Positions 47,901 to 57,052 of a DNA stretch of 64,000 nucleotides are shown piece after piece. Origin of the DNA: a virus. The stretch is taken from the IMG/VR virus record IMGVR_UViG_3300027708_000068, positions 2,616 to 66,615 of that record; one strand, written 5' to 3'. The stretch's first letter is position 1; the number at the start of each line of letters is the position of its first letter. The position numbers and the translations under genes were made by a program. The notes under the pieces were generated by a model. The model was not told where the DNA came from. It ran no database searches and saw only the letters and a program-made list of their open reading frames with translations.

Positions 47901-49475
47901 AGAACCTAAAGTTGTAAATGTACCTGTATTGGGTGCTGTATTACCAATAGTAGGTGGACTAGAAAGGTCTAATGCACCGCCTAGTGTGAGGTTTCCACTA
48001 GAGGTAACTGTGCCACTTAAACTAATTCCTGAAACTGTGCCTGTACCGCCTACGCTTGTAACTGTGCCTGTAGTATTAGACTTTCCATTAAATGTAGTCC
48101 AATCAGCAGCAGATAGATAACCATCTACGCTTGTAGTTGCTTTAGCCATGCTAATAACAGGGGTTGTAGTTCCTGTAGCAACTGCAACTGGTGCTGTGCC
48201 TGTTACGGATGTTACTGTACCCCCTGTTACTGGCCCATAGGTTAGCTCTTTAGTTGTAGTGTTGTAATAGACACCGTTTGTTACCGAACCTGTGTTGTTG
48301 CGAACTGGGTTGATGTATAAACCAGCGTTAGTGCCGTTAAGTTGTCCAGCGGAAGCATTAATAATTATTGAATTAGCTGGTTGATTTGTTTGACCAGCAC
48401 CCGAACCAATTGCTACAGCGTAGTCGCCTTGCTTAGTAAGCCCAGCATTATTACCAACCGCTAGAGCATTTTCGCCTTGAGGAAATCCAATAAAAAGTTG
48501 AACAGGGTCAGAAAGACCATCTGCTGACGCTGATATTTCCAAGGTAGTGCTGTCCACCACAGTTACTACAGATTGTCTTTGAGTAAACGAGTTAACAGAA
48601 AATATGAGCATTCCTACTTCAATGCCAGTGGTGTCAGTTACAACCATAGTAGTATCTACTACTCCTCCGCTAACCCAAGTTGCGTAAATCAAATCTGGCT
48701 CACCACCACCTATTGCAATAGCTTGACTACTTTGATAAAAAGGCGAACTAGTAGTACCAATAGCAATTGAGTTACTTGATTGCCCAAATATTCCAGCACT
48801 CAAGCCAATTGCTACTGCGCCTGTGCCTTGATTAACAGCGCCAGCATCATTACCAATTGCTACAGCGTAATTTTGTTGGGTAACATTTCCAGCGGCAGGA
48901 CCAATAGCTACAGCAGCTATGCCTTGTGTATCAATACCCGCAGATTTTCCTATTGCTACAGAATATTGTCCTTGTGCATTATTACCAGCATCTACACCAA
49001 TCGCTATAGATGTGCCTCCTTGGTCTGTCTGACCTGCGTTTGTACCGACTGCAACTGATTCATACCCTTGATTAGAGTTACCAGCATTCTTGCCAACTGC
49101 TACAGCGGAGCCGCTTTGTGTATCAATACCAGCATCTGTACCAATAGCCACACTTGTTGCATCAGCAGGACCGTATACAGCCCTACCAGACGGATAGTCC
49201 ACCCATACAGTTAAAGGCGAAGTAAAAGTAGATACTGCATTGCCAGCGTTAGAAGAAGATAGTATTGTTGTACGGGTGAGTGTCGGACCAGTGGTCGAGT
49301 AAGTACCAATACCCACTTCCCAGTTTGTACCATCCGTAGCGCCATAATAGGTCGTGTTTGTATCGCCTACACCAGCTAAAGACTGATAACCAGTCTGAGC
49401 GCCAAGCAAAGTAAAGCTAACAGTCGTATTTGCTGTTGCTGATTCCTGCGCACGGTCTAATAGTACTAAAGCCAT
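44976..49475 (-). CDS. Long tail fibre / adhesin with YadA-head-like repeats (1499 aa)
   Basis: 'MALVLLDR..E' anchor, 'AVAIG..AG' 16-aa repeats, 'FIGGG..N.A' repeats, internal duplication. Confidence 0.85.
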   Translation of the reverse strand: MALVLLDRAQESATANTTVSFTLLGAQTGYQSLAGVGDTNTTYYGATDGTNWEVGIGTYSTTGPTLTRTTILSSSNAGNAVSTFTSPLTVWVDYPSGRAVYGPADATSVAIGTDAGIDTQSGSAVAVGKNAGNSNQGYESVAVGTNAGQTDQGGTSIAIGVDAGNNAQGQYSVAIGKSAGIDTQGIAAVAIGPAAGNVTQQNYAVAIGNDAGAVNQGTGAVAIGLSAGIFGQSSNSIAIGTTSSPFYQSSQAIAIGGGEPDLIYATWVSGGVVDTTMVVTDTTGIEVGMLIFSVNSFTQRQSVVTVVDSTTLEISASADGLSDPVQLFIGFPQGENALAVGNNAGLTKQGDYAVAIGSGAGQTNQPANSIIINASAGQLNGTNAGLYINPVRNNTGSVTNGVYYNTTTKELTYGPVTGGTVTSVTGTAPVAVATGTTTPVISMAKATTSVDGYLSAADWTTFNGKSNTTGTVTSVGGTGTVSGISLSGTVTSSGNLTLGGALDLSSPPTIGNTAPNTGTFTTLGSTGTATLASGSTTYVTITGDASYPMIQATGGTNTPLVLSPLGTGALQAQKTTSTTAGGNARGANATDWQTNRGAANQVASGTQSVIAGGASNSSLGFATFVGSGNSNSATGNYTFIGAGNANTANNSSAIVGGISHTANGYLNFIGGGAVNSGTSNTAVTTNTTTIALTAQTTVYLSSVNANIKVGQYISATGVPSNTYATSTVTTGTAAVMNTSTISGTTLTVGSLASGTIIAGMVLTGTGVTAGTYIVSGSASTWTVSTSQTVASTTITGTAYTFTISQAATTAAGVTLSFLTPHGVVVGGGNNQATGSYSFIGGGGDAGTNTNRNAASGDWSTVAGGFKNVASGAGSAIGGGGTSGTTFSGNTASGTGAFIGGGWNNLASGASGAFIGGGRSHIASGQNFPVIAGGDGNQATGLFSSVLGGNVNTVSQTYGSITGGAINTSAGYYGFVGNGYTNSNNQLGTITTNTTTIAQTAATTTYLTSANANIKVGQFVLANAAQISIGTNFVPVMVTGAVTTGTPAVMATSTISGTTLTVGSLSSGTIIAGQVLTGTGVTAGTYIVSGSGLSWTVSASQTVASTTITGTAFTITTSTAVTLTAASTLSFYNAFGTVVGGGNNQATGAYSFIGGGGDAGTAANRNVASGDWSAVLSGSGNQNGGQSSVICGGGNKAFGNNGNIIASASSITNAFIGAGINHVINTGGSNSAIVAGRSSTASGFSAFIGAGDNHVGNGSYSFIGGGQQGTTRGIVGNHVFPACSNPIAGANGITQAGLLVLARQTTDATATVLCADSNAAGTANQVILPNNSAYYFKGSVISTAQFALATTATAGAAGTATITFATQTVAPFVVGQTIVVAGVTPLGFNGTQTVTACTTTTVQYTNATTGAQTVAGTITATSLTKGWSIEGAIMRTSAVGGTRLIGSPTITSSFGDTGTAAWDVALTADTTNGGLKVTFTGAAATTIRTVAQIQTTEVTY

Positions 49476-49476
49476 A

Positions 49477-51840
49477 TTATTGCCTATTATCTATCAGTAC
49501 CCACTGGGTACTTTCGGTGTTGTCTATTTTAACCCAAGCAAAGCCTATTGGGGCATCTAAAAGATTGATATTTTCAGTTATTACTGGATACTGTGTTGTA
49601 TTACCTAATGAAAAATCTGCTAGGTTAATGTTTTCGTTAATATTAGCCACAAAAACTAATATTGCTGTTTGGGCATTTGCTACGGTTAAAGCCTCGGTAA
49701 TAGCGGCAAAAAAAGCAAAAATACCTTGAACGTTATCGTTTGCTGTTATTACTTCTGTTCTAGAAGCTGAAAAATTTGCTATTACTGTGGCTGCGTCCTG
49801 TATTGTTTGTGGTTCATTTATAGATACATTCTGTGTTGTATTACCTAATGAAAAATCTGCTAGGTTAATGTTTTCGTTAATATTAGCCACAAAAACTAAT
49901 ATTGCTGTTTGGGCATTTGCTACGGTTAAAGCCTCGGTAATAGCTACTGCTGCTGCAAAAACTGCCGCACTAGTCTCATCTAAAGTTAGTCCTTCTGTCC
50001 TAGAAGCTATAAAACTAACTAAAACCGTGGCTGCGTCCTGTATTGTTTGTGGTTCATTTATAGATACATTCTGTGTTGTATTACCTAATGAAAAATCTGC
50101 AACTACCAAGTCTTCTAAAATAGAACTAACAAGCGCCGTTCCTGCAGTAGGAGTATCCGCAATTGCTATGTTTTCAGTTGCTGCAGATGCAAATTCCGTT
50201 ATTAATTCACTAGAATCGGTTAAACCAAGCGCTTCGGTTATTAAATTAAAAAAGTTTTGGGTAGATTCTGAAGCATCTTGCAGAGAAAGCGATTCTGAAA
50301 CCACTGCAGTTAATGCTGACCCAAAAAGCCATCCAGTATTATTCCCAGCATCAAAGTTACTAGTGGCGGTAGCTGTCCAAGTGCCCCCCGTTGCGTTTGA
50401 ATCTTGAATGTTTAAATATGTTACGGTTGTAGCACCAGATGCCTTGGCTATTGTTGCTTGGGTGCCAGATACAGAACTTCTTAAATATTTAAGGGTAGTA
50501 CCTGTTGTTGTAAAAGACCCTACAGTATTAGTGGTTCCTGCCGTAAATTGCAAAGCCCCGTTAACAAAACTTAAGGCACGGGTAGAGCCCATAGTTAAAG
50601 CGCCATTAATTGCATATGTTGTAGCAGAAGACCCGGCAGCACCAAAAGTAAGCGGAAAATTTAAAGTTTTATTATTGGTAGTAATTGTTTGCGTACCAGA
50701 TGTGGCTGCAAATGTAATTGGGTTAGCTCCTGCTCCAAGAGTCATGGTCGAGGAAGTAGTTAAATTGCCATAGATTGTTTTAGTAAGATTTGCAACAGTT
50801 CCAGCAAATCCTGTGTAATTTAAATTTTTATATGCGTTACCTCCAGAGTCTGTTAGAACATACGTACCAGTAGTAATATTATAATTAAAGACGTTTGCTT
50901 CAGTAGGCCCACCAGTAGCAATAAACATATTTATTGCTATCGCAGAATTGTTTGATATGTTTACAGTTGGTGTGCCCGTATAAGTTACAGTAGTACAGTC
51001 TAAGCTAAATATAGTCCCTGTTGTACCACTTGCTTTTGTAACAGTAATGTTTCCAGTTCCAAACTTAAATTGACGGACAGAGGCAGCACTTGCAGCAAAA
51101 TTACTTGCAGTCAATGTAAAATTGTTTAAATCTAAAGTACCAGCGGCTAAAAAATTAAAAGCCCTTGTTCCTGTGTTTAAGGCATCCGCCAATTGTAAAG
51201 TTCCACCATTTCCGTTTATTGTTATTCCATTTACTATATTACCCGCCGATGTAATAACTGCGGTGCCAGAAGTATGAGAAAAAGTCCAAGTGCTTCCTGC
51301 GGTAAAGGTCATACTACTGGTTAACGTAAGCGAACCATAAAAATAAGCAATTCCCGTGGCGGACCAAGTGCCCGTAAAACCAGTAAAATTTAAAGTTCTA
51401 AAATAGGCACCTGATGTTGCTGCAAAAGAATACGTTCCAGTTGTTATATTAAAATTAAACACATTGGTTTCTGTCCAACCAACGTTATTATTAATTGTTG
51501 AACTGGTAGCTGAGTTATTACTAATGTTTACTGTAGGGGTGCCTGTAAACGTGACGTTTGTGCCAACAGCAGACCAAGTTGTTCCAGAACCAAAACAAGT
51601 AATACTAGACGAACCAAAAGCAAACACAATACCGCTAGCGTTTACTGCGGTCATTGTAAAAGTAGAGCAAACCGCCCCACTGATAGTTACAATGCCTGTT
51701 CCAGATGCGGAATCAAAAGTAACAGCATCAGTAGAAATTGGAGCGCTTGCGCCGCCAGCACCGCCAGAAGAAAGAGACCAATTAGCTGTGGAGGCTGTGT
51801 CCCATGTTCCAGTACCGCCAACCCAGTACCTATTAGCCAT
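49477..51840 (-). CDS. Tail fibre/spike protein (787 aa) with C-terminal 20-aa repeats
   Basis: 'MANRYWVGGTGTWD' N-terminus, beta-helix-like body, repeat tail. Confidence 0.8.
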   Translation of the reverse strand: MANRYWVGGTGTWDTASTANWSLSSGGAGGASAPISTDAVTFDSASGTGIVTISGAVCSTFTMTAVNASGIVFAFGSSSITCFGSGTTWSAVGTNVTFTGTPTVNISNNSATSSTINNNVGWTETNVFNFNITTGTYSFAATSGAYFRTLNFTGFTGTWSATGIAYFYGSLTLTSSMTFTAGSTWTFSHTSGTAVITSAGNIVNGITINGNGGTLQLADALNTGTRAFNFLAAGTLDLNNFTLTASNFAASAASVRQFKFGTGNITVTKASGTTGTIFSLDCTTVTYTGTPTVNISNNSAIAINMFIATGGPTEANVFNYNITTGTYVLTDSGGNAYKNLNYTGFAGTVANLTKTIYGNLTTSSTMTLGAGANPITFAATSGTQTITTNNKTLNFPLTFGAAGSSATTYAINGALTMGSTRALSFVNGALQFTAGTTNTVGSFTTTGTTLKYLRSSVSGTQATIAKASGATTVTYLNIQDSNATGGTWTATATSNFDAGNNTGWLFGSALTAVVSESLSLQDASESTQNFFNLITEALGLTDSSELITEFASAATENIAIADTPTAGTALVSSILEDLVVADFSLGNTTQNVSINEPQTIQDAATVLVSFIASRTEGLTLDETSAAVFAAAVAITEALTVANAQTAILVFVANINENINLADFSLGNTTQNVSINEPQTIQDAATVIANFSASRTEVITANDNVQGIFAFFAAITEALTVANAQTAILVFVANINENINLADFSLGNTTQYPVITENINLLDAPIGFAWVKIDNTESTQWVLIDNRQ
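49591..50100. repeat. 240-bp-period tandem repeat inside the 787-aa gene
   Basis: 49591-49704 is identical to 49831-49944; 49787-49860 is identical to 50027-50100. Confidence 0.95.
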
Positions 51841-51844
51841 TTAA

Positions 51845-52078
51845 TTACCCCTGAAGGGTTTGGGTTGGGTCAGTAGGAATAACTATAGCTTCTTGCGAAG
51901 GCTCAAAAACAGCAAGCCAATTTGTTAAACGTTGTTGTTTAAGTGTTTCAATATCCTCGGCACTAAGCGCTGAATAGTCTTCTAAAGAAAGCACGATGGC
52001 ATCACTAAAGACACCAAACCGTGTTTCAAAAGAAAACGTGTCAGAAATAAAACCACTTTCTAACGTTTGAACCGCCAT
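51845..52078 (-). CDS. Small tail-associated protein
   Basis: 'F.DAIVL...E..KQQRL.NW'. Confidence 0.6.
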   Translation of the reverse strand: MAVQTLESGFISDTFSFETRFGVFSDAIVLSLEDYSALSAEDIETLKQQRLTNWLAVFEPSQEAIVIPTDPTQTLQG

Positions 52079-52079
52079 T

Positions 52080-52694
52080 TTACGAAGTAGCTGTAGTTGT
52101 ATATGTTACCGCTAAAGAATCACCGCTTGCTACAGTCTTTGAGCCACCAGTAAAGTTACCAGCAGAATACAAAATACCAGTAGTTGTGTCTTTAGTAGCA
52201 GAAGCAGATGCGCCGCCGTTAATAAAGCAACCGTTAACTGTTCCAGAACTAGTCATAGCAAAAGTCAATGCGCCACCAGTTTTAGAAGTAACGTTTGACG
52301 GTGTTGTACCAGAGGATGTTGCTGCAGTCCAGCTAACTGATTGGCGATTGCCTGTATATGTAGGAGCATTAGCTAGACCAACTTCAGTCCAAGTATGAGA
52401 AGCCATAGTGTCGGCTGCAGCATAAGTAGCTGTACCACCACAAAGACCTAAGTAGTTAGCACCAGATGCTGTACCACCAGCAGTACCAGTAGCGCCAAAA
52501 TAATAATCAAATAAAGCTTGTTTACCTACAGCCATAACTAAGTTAGGAGCTTTATCTTCCCATTTTAGGTTGCCTTCGGAATCGTAGCACTTAACGTCAT
52601 ACCAGCCTTGGATTCCCAAAGTTTCGTTATGGTCTGCGCCACGGGTTACTGATGCGCTTGCGCTGTCACCAAAGTTTGATTGTTCATTGCTCAT
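52080..52694 (-). CDS. Virion structural protein (204 aa)
   Basis: 'GNLKWED..PNLV...G', 'LYSAG.F...K.V.SGD.L.VTY'. Confidence 0.7.
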   Translation of the reverse strand: MSNEQSNFGDSASASVTRGADHNETLGIQGWYDVKCYDSEGNLKWEDKAPNLVMAVGKQALFDYYFGATGTAGGTASGANYLGLCGGTATYAAADTMASHTWTEVGLANAPTYTGNRQSVSWTAATSSGTTPSNVTSKTGGALTFAMTSSGTVNGCFINGGASASATKDTTTGILYSAGNFTGGSKTVASGDSLAVTYTTTATS

Positions 52695-52695
52695 G

Positions 52696-53130
52696 TTAAG
52701 AAATCCTTAAAATAGAAGTTGTTGATGTTGCTGTTGGAAAAGTCACAGTAAAAGTACCTGCTGCTGTATTTGTTTTATCTGAACCAAAATCCAACACCGC
52801 TACAGCCGCTCCAGTAGTTGAATTATATATTAAAGCACATCTAGTAGTAAAGGAAGCTGGGTTCCAAACTGCATTAGAAAACGATATATATGCTGTGTCA
52901 TTTGAAGCGTCATAGGTGGGCACTTGGCTAACTGTTAGAGTCTTACCGCCCGCTGTATAGCCAGTACCTGTAATCTCGCCTGTAGTGCTGTAGGCAACGG
53001 TATCTGGGGTCAAATCAGCCAAAGAAGTATAAAGGGCAATCTTATAGACATAAGTAGTACCAACGGCAAAGTTCTCTAAACCACTTAGGCAATTCTTTTT
53101 AAAGATGTTGCATTGGCCTTGAGAAATCAT
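52696..53130 (-). CDS. Virion structural protein (144 aa)
   Basis: 'KIALYTS...GYTAGG..L...ALIYN...VLDFGSDK'. Confidence 0.7.
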   Translation of the reverse strand: MISQGQCNIFKKNCLSGLENFAVGTTYVYKIALYTSLADLTPDTVAYSTTGEITGTGYTAGGKTLTVSQVPTYDASNDTAYISFSNAVWNPASFTTRCALIYNSTTGAAVAVLDFGSDKTNTAAGTFTVTFPTATSTTSILRIS

Positions 53131-54077
53131 GGATTAACCTTAATTTTAGCTTGCCCATCACGATACGCATCGCCACGTTCCAGACCAGTACCAAGACGAT
53201 TAAGCTGTCCGACAGCATCCTGATACATCTTTTCGTAGTAAGTAACCATATCTTGCTCACCCTTCATAAACAAAATAGCTTCTTTCATAGCGCCATAGAA
53301 CAGTATTGGGTCGTAATTATCACCTAACCAGCTTGTGCCAGTAGCGTTATTTGCTGTAAGTACAGTAATACTAAAACCAGAACCTGTACCACCAAGGTCA
53401 GTCGAACTAGCACTTAGCACGTCTCCAACAATATAAAAACTACCACCATCAGTTAAGACCACAGAAGTTACTGCCCCGCCAACAACGTTAACTGTAGCAG
53501 TAGCGCCGCTTCCATTTCCACCAGTCAAAGTTACGTTTTGGTAGTTGCCATTAGTATATAAAGAACCACCAGTAGGGCTACCAAAAGTAGCAATCACACC
53601 CTGAACAATAGAAACTGGGTAATAAAAGTAATGTAGCTCTACTGGATAGCTGCTATCTGGGGTAGGTGCAACTAAAAAAGACAACTCATTAGGGTTGCCA
53701 TACTGTGAACCAAATAACGCATAGTACTTAGGAACGCCTCCTGGAGTGCCCTGATAGGCTGTACCATTATAGGCAACACCTGGGTAAGATTCCCGAAGGA
53801 AGTTAACGTCTTTATTCAATAGATACACATAGTTATTAGTTTCGTCAATAACCGCTACAGAATAGGTTGATAAATAGTCATCTGGTAGAGATAAGTATTG
53901 ATTTCCAGTAGAAAGATTACCTGTAACATTTTTACGCAACGCAGGGATTTGAACAGTATTGTAGACACGCTGCTCCGCCTCTTGGACAAAACGAGGTATG
54001 TTTGCTACAAATAGCGGTTCAGTATTCTCTGAATAGTCCTGTATTGCTTGATACAATTGGACATAATTCATTGCCAT
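53127..54077 (-). CDS. Head-tail adaptor-like protein with Gly/Thr-rich insert
   Basis: 'FVQEAEQR', 'G.PKYYA', 'PTPD..Y.VELHY', 'LFYGAM.EA'. Confidence 0.65.
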   Translation of the reverse strand: MAMNYVQLYQAIQDYSENTEPLFVANIPRFVQEAEQRVYNTVQIPALRKNVTGNLSTGNQYLSLPDDYLSTYSVAVIDETNNYVYLLNKDVNFLRESYPGVAYNGTAYQGTPGGVPKYYALFGSQYGNPNELSFLVAPTPDSSYPVELHYFYYPVSIVQGVIATFGSPTGGSLYTNGNYQNVTLTGGNGSGATATVNVVGGAVTSVVLTDGGSFYIVGDVLSASSTDLGGTGSGFSITVLTANNATGTSWLGDNYDPILFYGAMKEAILFMKGEQDMVTYYEKMYQDAVGQLNRLGTGLERGDAYRDGQAKIKVNP

Positions 54078-54091
54078 ATGGGATTATCCTA

Positions 54092-54334
54092 TTAAGCCAT
54101 TGGGCCACGAGCCATCTTGCCCTTGGTCTGTGCTTTACCACCACGAACTTGGATACCAGAAGTCTTAGTAGGCTTGTAGTTACCCTTGCTTACGTTACCA
54201 ACAGAAATATTAGACTCGTTCATAAAGTCTTTACCAGACTGTGTAGACATAGAAGGTAGTTTATTACCAACTTTTTTGTCGTCCATTGTATGGGGCGGAG
54301 CATAAACTGAAGCTGGTTTATTGTGAATAGCCAT
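54092..54334 (-). CDS. Small basic virion-module protein
   Basis: Ends 'GIQVRGGKAQTKGKMARGPMA'. Confidence 0.7.
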   Translation of the reverse strand: MAIHNKPASVYAPPHTMDDKKVGNKLPSMSTQSGKDFMNESNISVGNVSKGNYKPTKTSGIQVRGGKAQTKGKMARGPMA

Positions 54335-54336
54335 GA

Positions 54337-54534
54337 TTAGAACCCTTTGCCTTTTAAACCAATAGAACCAAACTGATTATGCAAACGAGCACGACTGCTA
54401 CCGTCGGCTTTAAGCATTTCATTTGATACGCCAGCGCTTTTATTACCTTTATCAATTTTTGCTGTTGGGCCTGAAATACCTAAGTTTTTACCCTTAGTTG
54501 CGCCTTTTTTAATAATACCGTCGCCTCTTGCCAT
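54337..54534 (-). CDS. Small basic virion-module protein
   Basis: 'MARGDGIIKKGATKGK'; AGGAG RBS. Confidence 0.7.
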   Translation of the reverse strand: MARGDGIIKKGATKGKNLGISGPTAKIDKGNKSAGVSNEMLKADGSSRARLHNQFGSIGLKGKGF

Positions 54535-54544
54535 TTTTATGCTC

Positions 54545-54961
54545 CTAATTAATTGTTACTTGCCCTACGGCAGTTGTTGCTACTAAAGTGTTTGGTGTTT
54601 CATTAAAATCGTATCTCATACCTACAGGGGCCCAACCCCATTGAATCTGTCTACTACCACCTGCAGGTGTACCATAGCCCAAGACTGCGGTACCACCATT
54701 AACATTTACGTCTAACCCAGTATTACCAGACTGATAATAACTATTATCCCGTCTTGGCTCCCGTACAGCTTGTGGGTCATTCACGGGGTACATTCCCAAT
54801 TGTAACTGAGGTTGGTCAGGTTCCCAACACTCTGGACATACTTTAATGCTAACATTTTTGGTCTTAATCGTCAGCTTTTTAAGTTTTGTTAATTTAAACC
54901 TAAAACCACACCGGTCACATTCCGCAATGGCAAACTTACCAGACGCAAACATGGTTGTCAT
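54545..54961 (-). CDS. Zn-ribbon virion-module protein
   Basis: 'ECDRCGF...VCPECWEPDQPQL'. Confidence 0.7.
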   Translation of the reverse strand: MTTMFASGKFAIAECDRCGFRFKLTKLKKLTIKTKNVSIKVCPECWEPDQPQLQLGMYPVNDPQAVREPRRDNSYYQSGNTGLDVNVNGGTAVLGYGTPAGGSRQIQWGWAPVGMRYDFNETPNTLVATTAVGQVTIN

Positions 54962-54963
54962 AA

Positions 54964-55731
54964 TTAACTATTTCCTAAGAACGTCATCCTTGGAATAAAC
55001 CTAATCGGAGCCTTTTCTCTATCTTCATCAGCAGCTAACTGGAATTGTTCGTCATAAACAGCTTTAAGAGCCACTGCGCGTTGCATGTCCATATTAGGTA
55101 GCTTCATAGACAAATAGTAAGCCAGTCCAGCTACCAAGCAGTTAACAAAACGGAACGGTATATCCTGGGTATTCACACCGCCACCCGCATCTTGGATGCG
55201 GCGCAACCGCCAGTAGATAAATTTATAATAAGGGTTTAACGCTGTACCTTGGTCTGGAGTAGGCCAAACTGTAACTTTAGGGGCATCAATCCCTGTAACT
55301 GAATCTGTGCCATTTGGTCCTGGTAATGGGTATTTAGCCCCAGACATACGTTGAATCCAAACTTGAATAGGGCGACCCTGAGCTAGTTTATTAGGTATTG
55401 TAGAGTAGGTAGATACACTGATGCGACTGATGGTGATATCGGTTTGATTATTTTGTTGCCCAGAATTAGTACGAATTTGCTGTTCCAACAAGTCAATTGT
55501 GTCAATAGGTAAGTCATAAGTATTTACGCCTTGAATTAAATCAATACTACCTTGCTCAATCGTCCACATATTAATGCCACGATTTGCCCATTCAATGGTA
55601 AGCAAGTTTAAAGAACGACGTGCAGTGCGCAAATCATAGCCAGTACGAAGCTCTGCACCGCAACGCTCAAAAGCCTCTTCGACTAAATCATTTAAATCTA
55701 AATTAAACGATGAGGTACCAGAAGTTGTCAT
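54964..55731 (-). CDS. Head-tail connector / adaptor protein
   Basis: 'EEAFERCG...ARRSLNLL..EWANRG', 'VWPTPD', 'GLAYYL'. Confidence 0.7.
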   Translation of the reverse strand: MTTSGTSSFNLDLNDLVEEAFERCGAELRTGYDLRTARRSLNLLTIEWANRGINMWTIEQGSIDLIQGVNTYDLPIDTIDLLEQQIRTNSGQQNNQTDITISRISVSTYSTIPNKLAQGRPIQVWIQRMSGAKYPLPGPNGTDSVTGIDAPKVTVWPTPDQGTALNPYYKFIYWRLRRIQDAGGGVNTQDIPFRFVNCLVAGLAYYLSMKLPNMDMQRAVALKAVYDEQFQLAADEDREKAPIRFIPRMTFLGNS

Positions 55732-55962
55732 TTATTTTTTCGCAGTCTTAGCAGATTTAATAAAGTCCGCTTTAGTAGGCGCACCTTTAGCTCCAACAGA
55801 GCGCATTTTTTCACCAGAGCCAGCTGCAATACGTGCTTGTTTTTTATGAATATTTTCATATAAACCAACTTTACCACCTTTAGCAAGAACAGCAGATTTA
55901 GAAGCTTTAGGAAGTTTACTGGGCATTACAGCGCCCATTCCACGAGAGGATTTCATTAGCAC
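55732..55962 (-). CDS. Small basic protein
   Basis: 'GLYENIH.K..RI..GSGEKMR..G.KGAPT...F..SAKTAKK'. Confidence 0.7.
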   Translation of the reverse strand: MLMKSSRGMGAVMPSKLPKASKSAVLAKGGKVGLYENIHKKQARIAAGSGEKMRSVGAKGAPTKADFIKSAKTAKK

Positions 55963-56546
55963 ATCTTTCCGCGGGTTTTACCTTTAACTTCAATGCCACC
56001 ACCTTTAGACATTTTTTTCATAGTCTTGCCACCGCTGCACATGCCACCGCTTTTAAGGGTTAGCTTAGTGCCTTTACCGCCTTTATGTTCTTGGGCATCA
56101 TGCTCTTTAAATGCTTTTTTAATCATTGCTTTGTCTTGAGCTTTATCCATCTTTGTATCTTCTTTCATATCACTCTTAGCCATACCGCCTCCTTTAAATG
56201 CTTTGTTTGCAAAATTGGGTACTCCACCATCTGTATGGTGGGTTTTTTGTTTATTAATAGCAGCAGGTAATCCACCAGCTTTCATACCTGCGTACTTATT
56301 ATTATTTACATCTGGTACATCTTTTTGGTATCCATCAATACTACCCCCGCGAGTACGTTGTTTATTAACTTGGTTTTTTCCACCAAAAGAATAATTAACA
56401 TTGCCGCCAGTACCAAACTTCTTGCCTTTATCGGCGGCTTCAAAGTCTTTGCCAACAGATTGAGGCACACCAACTTTTTTAGCCATTTTTGGGTTGTTAG
56501 CAATCATTTCCATAAAGTTGTGTTGCTTTTGAGATTTGCTTGGCAT
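55956..56546 (-). CDS. Lys/Gly/Met-rich protein with repeated xxGG motifs (196 aa)
   Basis: 'MPSKSQKQHNFM' start; many K.GG motifs. Confidence 0.75.
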   Translation of the reverse strand: MPSKSQKQHNFMEMIANNPKMAKKVGVPQSVGKDFEAADKGKKFGTGGNVNYSFGGKNQVNKQRTRGGSIDGYQKDVPDVNNNKYAGMKAGGLPAAINKQKTHHTDGGVPNFANKAFKGGGMAKSDMKEDTKMDKAQDKAMIKKAFKEHDAQEHKGGKGTKLTLKSGGMCSGGKTMKKMSKGGGIEVKGKTRGKMC

Positions 56547-56547
56547 T

Positions 56548-56796
56548 TTATTTCCAATGGCTCATAAAGAAATCTGTAAACCAACCACCAGCTGCAACAA
56601 TGCAAATCCACATTAAACCAGCTAATGATTTATTAATAATAGCTTTGCGTAACTCAGCACGTTCAGCTTCTGCTTGAATAGCCATACGTACCCAATGTAT
56701 TTCATCAGGGCTTAGTGGATGAGACTCAACAGCTTCGTTAACAGCGGTTTTTACGAGCTGTATTAGCTCTAGTCTTGTTTGGTCGTCTAAAATCAT
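56548..56796 (-). CDS. Small membrane protein (C-terminal TM)
   Basis: 'LAGLMWICIVAAGGWF'. Confidence 0.65.
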   Translation of the reverse strand: MILDDQTRLELIQLVKTAVNEAVESHPLSPDEIHWVRMAIQAEAERAELRKAIINKSLAGLMWICIVAAGGWFTDFFMSHWK

Positions 56797-56797
56797 T

Positions 56798-57052
56798 TTA
56801 ACATTTCCAGCGTTTTAAACTGGCAGCTTTGCGAGTAGGCTTGCCGTTTTCGTCTTTCATCGGACCCGGCATACCAGACATACGGGCACAAAAAGACTTC
56901 TTGCGCGGTCCGCCTTCAGGTTGAGGAGCTTTTAGATTACTACCTGTTGCTGCATTATATTTAGCGCGGCCTTTAGCAGTGAGGCCAGCCCCTTTTGAGG
57001 CTGGAAGTTTCTCACCACGCCCAACTGCGAGAGATGGGGTTTTTTTAGCCAT
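56798..57052 (-). CDS. Small basic protein (DUF6321-like)
   Basis: 'GLTAKGRAKYN..TGSNLKAP...SFCARM...RWKC'. Confidence 0.7.
   Translation of the reverse strand: MAKKTPSLAVGRGEKLPASKGAGLTAKGRAKYNAATGSNLKAPQPEGGPRKKSFCARMSGMPGPMKDENGKPTRKAASLKRWKC

Noticed and set aside
42349-51840. Diversity-generating retroelement acting on tail fibres
   Set aside because: No reverse transcriptase, and repeat differences are not adenine-specific.
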